From Methanobacteriota archaeon (lineage in GTDB: Archaea > Thermoplasmatota > Thermoplasmata > Methanomassiliicoccales > UBA472), in contig JAAYDU010000034.1 in NCBI GenBank assembly GCA_012729095.1, forward strand, positions 178 through 64,177: a stretch of DNA of 64,000 bases, written 5' to 3'. This document shows positions 8,692-18,079 of the stretch, piece by piece (within the stretch, counting starts at the first letter, position 1; each line of letters starts with the position of its first letter). A model generated the notes under the pieces. That model was not told the origin of the DNA and ran no database searches. It was given only the letters and a program-made list of their open reading frames with translations. A program made the position numbers and the translations under genes.

Positions 8692-9761
8692 ACACCATCG
8701 GCAGCGAGCTTCGGCTCACACTGTTCGGAACCAGCCACGGGCCCTGCGTGGGCGCCGTGCTGGACGGGGCCCCTCCCGGGATGATTGTCGACGTGGCCAG
8801 CATACAGCATGAGGTGGATCTCCGCAAGCCGAGGGCGGGCATAGGCACGCCCAGGGCGGAGGAGGACGTCGTGGAGGTCATCTCCGGCATCGTGGATGGA
8901 AAGAGCACCGGCGGGCCGATCACCCTTCTGGTCATGAACCGGGACACTGACTCCAGGAAATACGACAGGTTCAAGAGCGTTCCCCGGCCGGGGCACGCCG
9001 ACCTCACCGCCCGCTCGAAGTACTCCGATTGCGTGGACCTGAGGGGCGGCGGGCAGTTCTCCGGCCGCATGACCGTGGGACTGGTGGCCGCCGGGGCCAT
9101 AGCCAAGATGCTGCTGGAGGAGCGCGGCATACGGGTGGCCGCCTTCGTGAGGCAGGTCGGCAAGGTTCGTGACAGGGAGGAGAGGGACGTCACATCCGGC
9201 GTGCTCTCGCGCTCCAACGAGCTGCGCGCGGCCACGGATGAGATGGCCGAGGCCATGCGCCAGGAGATAATCTCGGCCAGGGAGGACGGGGACAGCGTGG
9301 GAGGGGTGGTGGAATGCATAGCGGACGGGTTGCCCATAGGCATCGGGGAGCCCTTCTTCGACACTGTCGAGGGGGAGCTGGCAAAGATGTTGTTCGCCGT
9401 CCCCGGCGTTAAGGGCATAGAGTTCGGGGCGGGCTTCGCCTCCGCCGGGATGCGCGGCTCGCAGCACAACGATCCCTTCGTGCTCGTGGACGGAAAGGTG
9501 CGCACGGCGAAGAACGATGCCGGCGGAATATTGGGAGGAATAACGAACGGTATGCCCGTCGTCCTCAGGGTGGCCATAAAACCGACGGCGTCCATAGCCA
9601 GGGGGCAGCGTTCCTTGGACGTGAAAAGCGGCAGGCAGACCGATCTCAAGATAGAGGGGCGGCATGACCCGTGCATAGCCCCGCGCGCCGTCCCGGTGGT
9701 GGAAGCGGCCGCGGCACTGGTGTTGGCGGACCTGAGCATGAGAGGTGGTACGGTTGACTGA
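8688..9761 (+). CDS. aroC: Chorismate synthase
   Basis: (M)NTIGSELRLTLFGTSHGPCVG, PRPGHAD, GRHDPC. TTG 8688 overlaps the aroA stop (TTGA). The track's 8616 start adds a non-homologous extension. Confidence 0.9.
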   Translation: MNTIGSELRLTLFGTSHGPCVGAVLDGAPPGMIVDVASIQHEVDLRKPRAGIGTPRAEEDVVEVISGIVDGKSTGGPITLLVMNRDTDSRKYDRFKSVPRPGHADLTARSKYSDCVDLRGGGQFSGRMTVGLVAAGAIAKMLLEERGIRVAAFVRQVGKVRDREERDVTSGVLSRSNELRAATDEMAEAMRQEIISAREDGDSVGGVVECIADGLPIGIGEPFFDTVEGELAKMLFAVPGVKGIEFGAGFASAGMRGSQHNDPFVLVDGKVRTAKNDAGGILGGITNGMPVVLRVAIKPTASIARGQRSLDVKSGRQTDLKIEGRHDPCIAPRAVPVVEAAAALVLADLSMRGGTVD

Positions 9762-10830
9762 TTCGGTAGAGGGCATTCGCTGGAAGATCGAGGAGATCGA
9801 CAACGAGATCCTGGACCTGATAAAGAGGCGCATGAACATCGCGGTTGACATGGGCCACCACAAGGTGGACAAGGCCATGCCGGTGCGGGACCTGCGGGTC
9901 GAGGAACAGGTGCGGGACAGGTATCTGGCCAGGGCCAGGGAGATAGGCATAAGCGACGCGGCGGCCATCGAGCTGTCCTCGCTGCTGGTGCGCGAGTCCG
10001 TGGAAGCACAGGCGCGACTTCCCCGGCCCATGAAGCCCAGGAAGGTCCTGGTGGTCGGCGGGGGAGGGGCGATGGGTCAGTGGCTGTGCCGCTTCTTCGC
10101 CTCCCGGGGGCACTCGGTGAAGGTGTTCGACGACGTTCCCGGCGGGAGCTTCAAGAACGTGGATCTGGAGCCGGGCGTCAGGGAGGCGGACGTCATCGCC
10201 GTCTCGTCGCATATCTCGGCCACGTCGGACATGCTGCGCAGAATATTCGCCCTGCGGCCGAAGGGGCTGGTGTTCGACATCGCATCCGTTAAATCACCCA
10301 TCCTGGACGTGCTGAAGGAGGGCGCGGACCAGGGGCTGATGGTGTGCTCCATCCACCCCATGTTCGGGCCCAGCGCCTCGTTCATATTCGCCCGCAACCT
10401 CATCGTCTGCAATTGCGGCTCCGACCTGGCGGTGAACCGGTTCATGCCCCTGCTTAACGGCACCGGGGCCAACGTCATCGAGATGGCGGTGGAGGAGCAC
10501 GACCGGATAATATCGGTAGTGCTGGGCATGAGCCACGCGCTGAACCTGGCATTCTTTGGAGCGTTGAAGGAGAGCGGTTTCAGCCACGAGGAGCTGCGCC
10601 AGGTCGCCTCCACCACGTTCGAGAGGCAGATGAGCACCAGCGGGAGTGTCGCTGGAGAAAGCCCAAACCTTTACTACGAGATCCAGCATCTGAACCCGTA
10701 CAATCGGGAGATGGTGGAGAAGCTGATCGACGCCCTGCGCGAGGTCCAGCAGGCCGGTTCCGATGACGATCGGTCCCACATGATCGACCTGATGCTGGAA
10801 GGTCGCAAGTATTTCGAGGTGAAGCAATGA
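9745..10830 (+). CDS. tyrA: Bifunctional chorismate mutase (AroQ) / prephenate dehydrogenase
   Basis: N-terminal IRWKIEEIDNEILDLIKRRMNIA...VRDLRVEEQV, followed by the Rossmann motif KVLVVGGGGAMG and IHPMFGP. Confidence 0.8.
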   Translation: MVRLTDSVEGIRWKIEEIDNEILDLIKRRMNIAVDMGHHKVDKAMPVRDLRVEEQVRDRYLARAREIGISDAAAIELSSLLVRESVEAQARLPRPMKPRKVLVVGGGGAMGQWLCRFFASRGHSVKVFDDVPGGSFKNVDLEPGVREADVIAVSSHISATSDMLRRIFALRPKGLVFDIASVKSPILDVLKEGADQGLMVCSIHPMFGPSASFIFARNLIVCNCGSDLAVNRFMPLLNGTGANVIEMAVEEHDRIISVVLGMSHALNLAFFGALKESGFSHEELRQVASTTFERQMSTSGSVAGESPNLYYEIQHLNPYNREMVEKLIDALREVQQAGSDDDRSHMIDLMLEGRKYFEVKQ

Positions 10831-11888
10831 AGAAACTGCAGGTGGCGGTGCTAGGCGCCACGGGAATGATCGGACAGAGGTTCGTGCAACTGCTCGAGGG
10901 CCACCCCTATTTCGAGATAGGCGGCCTTTACGCCTCCGAGCGCTCGGAGGGAAAGACGCTGGGGGATGTGCTGTCGCTAAAGGGAGTGCGCTTCCAGGAG
11001 GAGACGCTGAACACCCGCATAGAGGTGCTGGAGCCCAAGGCGGTGGCCAACCGCTGCCGCCTGGCCTTCTCCGGCCTGCCTGCCGAGGTGGCCAAGGGCA
11101 CCGAGTCCGCCCTGGCCGGGGAGGGCGTGGCCGTGTTCTCCAACGCCGCCTCGCATCGCATGAGGGACGATGTTCCGCTGCTGATCCCGGAGGTCAACCC
11201 TGACCATATCGAGCTGGTGAGAACGCAGGCAACGTTCGCCAACGGCGGGTTCATCACTACCAACGCCAACTGCTCCACGACGGGACTGGCGGTGCCGCTG
11301 CAGGCGGTGTACAAGGAGTTCGGGTTGAAGGCCTGCTACGTGTCCACCTACCAGGCGCTTTCCGGCGCCGGTTACCCGGGCGTTCCGTCCATGGACATAC
11401 TGGGCAACGTCGTTCCCTTCATCAAGAACGAGGAGGAGAAGATGGAGCAGGAGATACACAAGATGCTCGGCACGTTGAAGGACGGCAGGGTCAGGTTCGC
11501 CGACTTCGACATGGTGGCAAGCTGCGCCCGGGTGCCGGTGGTCGACGGCCACCTGGAATCCGCCGTGCTCAAGCTCGGCAGGGAGGCCGATGCGGCCGCC
11601 GTGGTATCGTCCCTGGAATCCTTCAAGCCGGCGCCGCAGGAGCTCAAGCTGCCCACGGCGCCTGTTCGCCCCATAATCGTGCGCCGGGAGGACAATCGCC
11701 CGCAGCCGGCCGCCGACGCTTTGGCTGGCGAGCCGGAACGGGCCAGGGGAATGGCCGTTTCCGTTGGACGCGTTCGTGAGAGCAAAGGATATATCAAGTT
11801 CTGGTTGCTTTCCCATAACACCCTGAGGGGCGGGGCTGGCGGCTCGGTTCTCAACGCAGAGCTGGCCGTGGCCAAGAAGCTCCTCTGA
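10827..11888 (+). CDS. asd: Aspartate-semialdehyde dehydrogenase
   Basis: VAVLGATGMIGQ, NANCSTTG (active-site Cys), SHNTLRGGAG. ATGA overlap with tyrA. Confidence 0.9.
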   Translation: MKKLQVAVLGATGMIGQRFVQLLEGHPYFEIGGLYASERSEGKTLGDVLSLKGVRFQEETLNTRIEVLEPKAVANRCRLAFSGLPAEVAKGTESALAGEGVAVFSNAASHRMRDDVPLLIPEVNPDHIELVRTQATFANGGFITTNANCSTTGLAVPLQAVYKEFGLKACYVSTYQALSGAGYPGVPSMDILGNVVPFIKNEEEKMEQEIHKMLGTLKDGRVRFADFDMVASCARVPVVDGHLESAVLKLGREADAAAVVSSLESFKPAPQELKLPTAPVRPIIVRREDNRPQPAADALAGEPERARGMAVSVGRVRESKGYIKFWLLSHNTLRGGAGGSVLNAELAVAKKLL

Positions 11889-11899
11889 GGGGGTGCGGG

Positions 11900-13066
11900 A
11901 TGAAGCGGACGGTCGAGGAGATCAACCAGAAGATAAGGGACGGGGACGTGGTGGTCATGACCGCCGAGGAGGTAGCCTCCTACGTCCAGAGCGAGGGCGT
12001 TGAGCGCGCCGCCAAGGAGGTGGACGTGGTGACGACCGGAACCTTCGGGGCCATGTGCTCCTCCGGCGCCTTCCTGAACTTTGGGCATTCCGAGCCGCCC
12101 ATCCGCATGCAGAAGGTCACCCTGAACGATGTTCCGGCCTACACCGGCATCGCCGCCGTGGACGCCTACATAGGCGCCACGGAGCTGAAGCTGGACGATC
12201 ACAAGGAATACGGGGGCGCGCATGTCATCGAGGAGCTGGTGTCCGGGAAGGCGGTGCGCCTGAAGGCCTCCTCGGACGGCACGGACTGCTACCCGCGCAA
12301 GGAGATCGACACGTTCGTCTCCTTGCACAGCATGAACCAGGCCTATCTTTTCAACCCGAGGAACGCCTACCAGAACTACGCCGCCGGGACGAACTCCTCG
12401 GAACGCACCCTCTACACCTACATGGGCAAGCTGCTGCAGAACTACGGGAACATCACATATTCCAGCGCCGGGCAGCTGTCCCCTCTCCTGAAGGACCCCT
12501 CGCTGCGCACCATCGGCATCGGCACCAGGATATTCCTGGGCGGGGGAACCGGTTACGTGGCCTGGGAGGGCACCCAGTTCCGGACCAACGTGGAAACCAA
12601 GTTCGGGGCCCCCGTGGGAGGGGCCCGCAGCCTGGCCACCGTGGGGGACCTGAGGGGAATGTCCCCCGAGTTCGTAAGGGCGCTGAACCTGCCTGGCTAC
12701 GGCGTCTCGCTGGGCATGGGGGTCGGGGTTCCCATACCCGTGCTGGACGAGGACGTGATGAGGGCGGCGGCCCTGAGCGACGAGCAGCTGTTCGCCCCGC
12801 TCATCGATTACTCCGTGCAGTCGCGCAACCGCCGGCCCATCAAGCACCTCTCCTACGCCGAGCTGCGCTCCGGGCGGGTCGAGCTGTTCGGCAAGGAGGT
12901 GAGAACGTCGTCGCTCTCCAGCTACCTCAAGGCCAGGCAGATAGCCGAGACGCTTGCGGAGCGCATAGAGAACGGTGAGTTCCTGCTCACCGAACCGGTA
13001 GCCCAGCTGCCTTCCGACAGGAGCGTGGGGACGCTAGAGGTGCGCTCCCGGGAGGAGGCGGTCTGA
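11900..13066 (+). CDS. COG1900/DUF39 homocysteine biosynthesis (sulfur insertion) protein, no CBS domains
   Basis: 388 aa. VVTTGTFGAMCSSGAFLNF, GGAHVIEEL and GGGTGYV, as in MA1821/MJ0100-type proteins. Confidence 0.8.
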   Translation: MKRTVEEINQKIRDGDVVVMTAEEVASYVQSEGVERAAKEVDVVTTGTFGAMCSSGAFLNFGHSEPPIRMQKVTLNDVPAYTGIAAVDAYIGATELKLDDHKEYGGAHVIEELVSGKAVRLKASSDGTDCYPRKEIDTFVSLHSMNQAYLFNPRNAYQNYAAGTNSSERTLYTYMGKLLQNYGNITYSSAGQLSPLLKDPSLRTIGIGTRIFLGGGTGYVAWEGTQFRTNVETKFGAPVGGARSLATVGDLRGMSPEFVRALNLPGYGVSLGMGVGVPIPVLDEDVMRAAALSDEQLFAPLIDYSVQSRNRRPIKHLSYAELRSGRVELFGKEVRTSSLSSYLKARQIAETLAERIENGEFLLTEPVAQLPSDRSVGTLEVRSREEAV

Positions 13067-13470
13067 TGGCCAAGAAGAAGTACCTGCTGGGGTTCAGCCC
13101 GGACATCGTGAACGAAGCGATCGTCTATCGCCTGGTGAAGGACTACGACCTGAAGATCAACATACTCCGCGCGGAGGTGCGAGAGCTGGGCGGAAGGCTT
13201 CTCATGGAGGTCGAGGGAAAGGCGGCCAACATCAAGGAGGCGGCCGGCTACCTGAACGAGGCCAAGGTGGACGTTCAGGAACTGGCGACATACGTGGAGA
13301 AGAACGAGGAACGCTGCACCCATTGCGGGATGTGCATTTCCATATGCCCGGTGGAGGCGCTGATCATGGAGAGGCCCTCCTGGAAGGTCCGCTACGATTC
13401 GGAGAAGTGCATCGCCTGCGGCATGTGCATTGACGCCTGCCCGCCCGGGGCGATCAAGTTCAGGATATGA
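13066..13470 (+). CDS. NIL-domain + 2x[4Fe-4S] ferredoxin protein (MA1822-like)
   Basis: NIL-like N-terminus (IVYRLVKDYDLKINILRAEV), then CTHCGMCISICP and CIACGMCIDACP. Confidence 0.8.
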   Translation: MAKKKYLLGFSPDIVNEAIVYRLVKDYDLKINILRAEVRELGGRLLMEVEGKAANIKEAAGYLNEAKVDVQELATYVEKNEERCTHCGMCISICPVEALIMERPSWKVRYDSEKCIACGMCIDACPPGAIKFRI

Positions 13471-14192
13471 GAAGGCAGTTCCAGTATCGCGAGACCGCCA
13501 CCACCCTGGAGGCGGACGACATCTACCTCCGTTCGGCGGAAGAGGCCATGCTCGATGCGCGGGAGGCGGTCGAGGCCTATATCGCCAAGGACCCCTACTT
13601 CAGGACCACCTTCGAACCCTATCCCGCTGCACCGGGCATGCCCGAGGTGGTCAGGAACATGTGCGAGGCCTCGCGGAAGGCCGGGGTGGGACCCATGGCC
13701 GCCGTCGCCGGGGCCATATCCCAGCAGGCCGTGCGAGCGATGGTGGAGGCGGGCAGCAAGCACTGCCTCGTCGACAACGGGGGGGACATAGCCATGCGCA
13801 CCAACCGCACGATCACCGTCGGCCTCTACGCGGGGGAGCGCACCCCCAACTACCTGGCGATCGAGGTCCCGGCCACCAAGGGGCTGCTGGGGATATGCAC
13901 CTCGTCAGGCACCGTGGGGCCGTCCATATCCCTGGGGAGGGCCGACCTGGCCACTGTCATATCCGAGGACGTCGCCCTGGCGGACGCCTGCGCCACCAGG
14001 CTGGGGAACCTCATAACCGAGGATGACGTCACGCTCATGGACCGGTCCATACGCGAGGTGCTCTCCATAGAGGGGGTGAGGGGAGCCCTGGTCATGATAG
14101 ATGGAAAGCTTGGAATGGGGGGCAACGTGCCCAGGTTGGTGCGCTGCGACGTGCCCGAGGACCTGATCACCAAGGTGCGCTTCGAACGCTGA
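13467..14192 (+). CDS. UPF0280 / COG2122 ApbE-like protein (MA1715-like sulfide assimilation factor)
   Basis: GVGPMAAVAGAISQ, VDNGGDIA, GICTSSGTVGPSISLG. ATGA overlap with the ferredoxin gene. Confidence 0.75.
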   Translation: MRRQFQYRETATTLEADDIYLRSAEEAMLDAREAVEAYIAKDPYFRTTFEPYPAAPGMPEVVRNMCEASRKAGVGPMAAVAGAISQQAVRAMVEAGSKHCLVDNGGDIAMRTNRTITVGLYAGERTPNYLAIEVPATKGLLGICTSSGTVGPSISLGRADLATVISEDVALADACATRLGNLITEDDVTLMDRSIREVLSIEGVRGALVMIDGKLGMGGNVPRLVRCDVPEDLITKVRFER

Positions 14193-14309
14193 GCCGGGGG
14201 AAGATGACGGCTCCGGCAGTGTGTCCGATGTGGGCGCGCGTACGCGACCAGAGTGTCAGTAAATATAAGTAGCAATTGTCCATTGATGGGAAACGCCAAG
14301 GGTTATCAC

Positions 14310-15173
14310 ATGACACTCAGGCTGGCCATACCCAACAAAGGAAGGCTGAGCGAGAGGTCCGTAGAGATCCTCAAGCAAGCTGGACTGGAGATCGAGAACG
14401 GCGACGAGCGCAGGCTCTACGCCAACGTAAAACGCCAAGACCTGGCGGTCATGTTCCTCCGGGCCCAGGACATAGTCAAGTTCGTGCACAAGGGGGCGGT
14501 GGACGTCGGCATAACCGGGTACGACCTTGTGATGGAATCGGGCCTTGACGTCGTGGTCCCCTATCACCTCAACTTTGGCCGCTGCCGGTTGTCCGTGGCC
14601 ATACCGGACTCCATGGACGTGAAGGCGCCTGAGGACCTGCCGGACGGCCTGGTCGTGGCCACCTCCTTCCCGAACCTAACCAGGCAGTACTTCGAGAGGC
14701 TTGGAAAGAGCGTGGAGATAACCTCCATATCCGGGGCGGCCGAGATAGCACCTATACTGGGCGTGGCCGACATAATCGTGGACCTCGTGTCCAGCGGTTC
14801 CACCCTGAAGATGAACCACCTGAGGGAGCTTTCGGTCATAGCGGAATCGCAGGCGGTGGTCATAGCCAACCGCAAGGCGTACGAGGGATGCGAGCAGCAG
14901 GTCCAGGAGATAATCTCCGCGATGCTCAGCGTCACCGAGGCAGAGAACAAGAAGTACCTCATGGCCGATGTTCCCAAGGCGTCGTTGGACGATGTGATAA
15001 AGGCCTTCCCGGGCATAGCCGGCCCGACCATAATGAACATAATCGGCAGGGATGACGTGGTAGCGGTGCACGTGGTCATCGACAAGTCCGACGCGTTCGA
15101 CGCGATAAACAACCTCAAGCGCATGGGCGCTACGGGCATACTTCTAACGCCGATAGACCGCATGGTCCCCTGA
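14310..15173 (+). CDS. hisG: ATP phosphoribosyltransferase (long form)
   Basis: MTLRLAIPNKGRLSE, DVGITGYD, LVSSGSTLK. The C-terminal regulatory domain is present. Confidence 0.9.
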   Translation: MTLRLAIPNKGRLSERSVEILKQAGLEIENGDERRLYANVKRQDLAVMFLRAQDIVKFVHKGAVDVGITGYDLVMESGLDVVVPYHLNFGRCRLSVAIPDSMDVKAPEDLPDGLVVATSFPNLTRQYFERLGKSVEITSISGAAEIAPILGVADIIVDLVSSGSTLKMNHLRELSVIAESQAVVIANRKAYEGCEQQVQEIISAMLSVTEAENKKYLMADVPKASLDDVIKAFPGIAGPTIMNIIGRDDVVAVHVVIDKSDAFDAINNLKRMGATGILLTPIDRMVP

Positions 15174-15242
15174 GGTGATCCCACGGACAAGAACTGGATA
15201 CGCTCTACATGCCGGGACCTGCAGCTCTACTACAACCCCAAA

Positions 15243-16235
15243 GTGGGGGACAAGCTGAGAATGGACACCAGCACCAACGCCCTGGGTGGCAACCCCGCCG
15301 GGCTGAGGGCCCTGCAGGAATGCGCCAGCATCAACGTCGGGCAGTACCCCAGCACCTACGGCGACGGTTTGCGCGAGGAGCTGGCCAAGCTTTACGGTCT
15401 GAAGCGAGACAACTTCGTGGTGGGCAACGGTTCCGACGAGGCCCTGGACGTGATCATGAAAACGTTCATGGAGCCTGGGGAGACCGTCATAACCGCCCAC
15501 CCGGCCTATGTGCTGCACTCCTTCTTCGTTAAGATAAACGGCGGGCGAACGGCGACCGTGGACCTGGACGAGGATTTCCAGCTGGACGTGGACAGTATCC
15601 TGTCCGCCAAGGGCAAGCTGGTTCTGATATGCACGCCCAACAATCCCACCTCCAACACCTTCCGCCAGGAGGACGTGAGGGCGCTTGTCGAGGGGTCGAA
15701 CCGCCCGGTGGTGGTGGACGAGGCGTACGGGGAGTACACGGGCAGCTCCTTCCTGCCGCTGGTGGACAGGTACGACAACCTGATCGTCACCCGCACCTTC
15801 TCCAAGGCCTACGGACTGGCGGGCATGCGCGTCGGCTACCTGGCCGCGAGCGAGGGTATGGCCGAGGCAATGCAGAAGGTGAAGATACCGTACTCGCTTA
15901 ACCTTGTGGGGGAGCGAGTGGCCATCGCCGCCCTGAGGGACCGCGAGTTCCTGGAGAGGAGCGTTCGCGTGGTGAACGAGGAACGCCCGTACCTTATGAA
16001 GGGGCTCGAGGACCTCGGCTTCAAGGTGTTCCCCTCGGAGGCGAACTACATAATGTTCCGCCCCGACATGCCCTCCGACCTGCTGACGGCCAAGCTCTCC
16101 GACCGGGGAGTGCTGGTCAGGGACTTCGGCAAGGTTAGGATGCTGGAGAACTGCATGAGGACCACCATAGGCACCAGGGAGATGAACTCCGTCCTGCTGG
16201 AGAGGATGCGGGAGGTGCTGGGAGAATGCCTCTGA
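15243..16235 (+). CDS. hisC: Histidinol-phosphate aminotransferase (5' end probably further upstream, see findings)
   Basis: NGSDEALD, CTPNNPT, VVVDEAYGEY, TRTFSKAYGLAGMRVGY (PLP Lys), RTTIGTRE. First canonical start is GTG 15243, but the homologous N-terminus is encoded from about 15183. Confidence 0.85.
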   Translation: MGDKLRMDTSTNALGGNPAGLRALQECASINVGQYPSTYGDGLREELAKLYGLKRDNFVVGNGSDEALDVIMKTFMEPGETVITAHPAYVLHSFFVKINGGRTATVDLDEDFQLDVDSILSAKGKLVLICTPNNPTSNTFRQEDVRALVEGSNRPVVVDEAYGEYTGSSFLPLVDRYDNLIVTRTFSKAYGLAGMRVGYLAASEGMAEAMQKVKIPYSLNLVGERVAIAALRDREFLERSVRVVNEERPYLMKGLEDLGFKVFPSEANYIMFRPDMPSDLLTAKLSDRGVLVRDFGKVRMLENCMRTTIGTREMNSVLLERMREVLGECL

Positions 16236-16825
16236 AGGTTGCCCTGGCCGATTACGGTGTCGGCAACCTTCACAGCATACGGAAGGCCCTGGAGAACTGC
16301 GGCGCTTCCGTCGAGGTGGTGGAGGACATGTCCCTCCTGCAGGAGGCGGAGTGCATAGTGCTTCCGGGGGTCGGCGCCTTCGACAGGACCATGGAGCGCC
16401 TGCAGCCATTTAGGGAGGCGATAGTGCAGAGGCTCAACGAGGGAGTTCCCTGCCTGGGCATATGCATAGGCATGCAGATATTGTTCCAGGGCAGCGAGGA
16501 GGGACAAGGTCCGGGCCTCGGCTTCCTGCATGGGAACGTGGTCAGGCTGAAGGCGCCGCGCATACCGCACATGGGCTGGAACACGGTGGACACGGACGAC
16601 GTGATCATGAACGGGGTGCAGGACAATCACTTCTACTTCGCCCACTCCTTCCGCGCCAGCCCGGAGGACGGCTCGGACATCGGACATACCGATTATTACG
16701 GGATGATCCCGACATTGATGCGCAAGGCCAACACATACGGCACGCAGTTCCACCCCGAGAAGAGCTCCACGGCCGGCATGGCCTTTCTGAACAACTTCGT
16801 GCACTTCGCGGAGGACAGGAAATGA
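16226..16825 (+). CDS. hisH: Imidazole glycerol phosphate synthase, glutamine amidotransferase subunit
   Basis: ADYGVGNLHS, LPGVGAF, GICIGMQ, QFHPEKS. Confidence 0.9.
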   Translation: MPLKVALADYGVGNLHSIRKALENCGASVEVVEDMSLLQEAECIVLPGVGAFDRTMERLQPFREAIVQRLNEGVPCLGICIGMQILFQGSEEGQGPGLGFLHGNVVRLKAPRIPHMGWNTVDTDDVIMNGVQDNHFYFAHSFRASPEDGSDIGHTDYYGMIPTLMRKANTYGTQFHPEKSSTAGMAFLNNFVHFAEDRK

Positions 16826-17523
16826 GGATCATACCCGCGGTGGACATCCTGGACCACCGGGTGGTGCAGCTGGTGGGAGGCGTGCCCGGAACGGAACAGG
16901 TAACCCTGCCCGACCCCCTGACGGTCGCCCTGGACTGGGAATCGAAGGGAGCGGGACGACTGCACATCATCGACCTGGACTCGGCGCTGGGAAGGGGGCA
17001 CAACGCCCAGGCGATACGGCGGATCGTCGAGCGGGCCAAGGCGCCGGTGCAGGTGGGAGGGGGCATACGCTCCACCGAGGTGGCCGAGTACTACCTGGAC
17101 TGCGGGGCAGACCGGGCCATAGCCGGCACCAAGGGGCTCAAGGACCCCGATTGGCTGAGGTCCATGTCCCTGAAGTACCCCGGGCGAATGGTGCTGGCGC
17201 TGGACATGAAGGGCGGCAGGATACAGATGCACGGCTGGAAGGAGGACTCGCCCCTGGACCTGAGGGACGTATTCAGCTCGATCGCCGACCTGCCGCTGGC
17301 CGGCGTGCTGTTCACCAACGTGGACGTGGAGGGGCAGGCCAAGGGCATCGACGAGGGGGCGGTGCGGGACTTCGTCTCAAGGTGCCCGCATCTTACCATA
17401 GTCTCCGGGGGCGTCACTGACGAAAGGGACGTGGATGCCCTCGAACGCATGGGCGTGGAGGAGGCGGTGGTGGGATTATCGCTTTATACTGGAAAACTGA
17501 ATCATAACGCCATTCGGAGATGA
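16822..17523 (+). CDS. hisA: ProFAR isomerase
   Basis: MRIIPAVDILDHRVVQLVGG, HIIDLD, VQVGGGIR. ATGA overlap with hisH. The track's 16462 start is an out-of-frame extension. Confidence 0.9.
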   Translation: MRIIPAVDILDHRVVQLVGGVPGTEQVTLPDPLTVALDWESKGAGRLHIIDLDSALGRGHNAQAIRRIVERAKAPVQVGGGIRSTEVAEYYLDCGADRAIAGTKGLKDPDWLRSMSLKYPGRMVLALDMKGGRIQMHGWKEDSPLDLRDVFSSIADLPLAGVLFTNVDVEGQAKGIDEGAVRDFVSRCPHLTIVSGGVTDERDVDALERMGVEEAVVGLSLYTGKLNHNAIRR

Positions 17524-17527
17524 GTCC

Positions 17528-18079
17528 ATGGACCGAAAGACCGAGGTAGTTCGCAAGACCAGGGAGACCGAGGTCCGACTGAAGCTGGACCTAGACGGCG
17601 AGGGCGCGACCAGTGTGAAATGCGAGGAGCAGTTCCTTCGCCACATGGTGGAGACTATGGGACGCTACGCCGATTTCGATCTCACCCTCGAGGCGGAGGG
17701 GGACGACGTGCACCACCTGGTGGAGGACGTCGCGATAGTCCTGGGAAAGACCCTGAAGCAGTGCCTCGGGGAATACCCCATAGAGCGCACCGCCTTTTCC
17801 ATGATACCGATGGACGACGCCCTGGTGCAGGTGGCGGTGGACATAATCGAGAGGCCGTACGCGGACGTGGACTGCCCCGACCCCCTGTACGCCCACTTCC
17901 TGCGCAGTTTCGCCATGTCCTCCGGGATCACCCTGCACGTCATGGTCATGCGCGGATACGACCAGCATCACATCGTGGAGGCCTCGTTCAAGGCGCTGGG
18001 CAAGGCACTGAGATCGGCCGTGCGACCCAGGAAGGAGGAGCTGAGCACCAAGGACCGCCCGAAGGTGATGGAGCGATGA
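17528..18079 (+). CDS. hisB: Imidazoleglycerol-phosphate dehydratase
   Basis: [32 protein letters not shown]. Confidence 0.9.
   Translation: MDRKTEVVRKTRETEVRLKLDLDGEGATSVKCEEQFLRHMVETMGRYADFDLTLEAEGDDVHHLVEDVAIVLGKTLKQCLGEYPIERTAFSMIPMDDALVQVAVDIIERPYADVDCPDPLYAHFLRSFAMSSGITLHVMVMRGYDQHHIVEASFKALGKALRSAVRPRKEELSTKDRPKVMER

Noticed and set aside
8103-10031. 642-aa and 469-aa minus-strand ORFs opposite aroA, aroC and tyrA. Similar long antisense or alternative-frame ORFs occur at 5106-6464, 11372-12847, 15144-16409 and 42173-43846.
   Set aside because: These are shadow ORFs in GC-rich sequence. They are low-complexity R/P/G/A-rich translations with no family motifs, and the opposite or alternative frame carries clear homologs.
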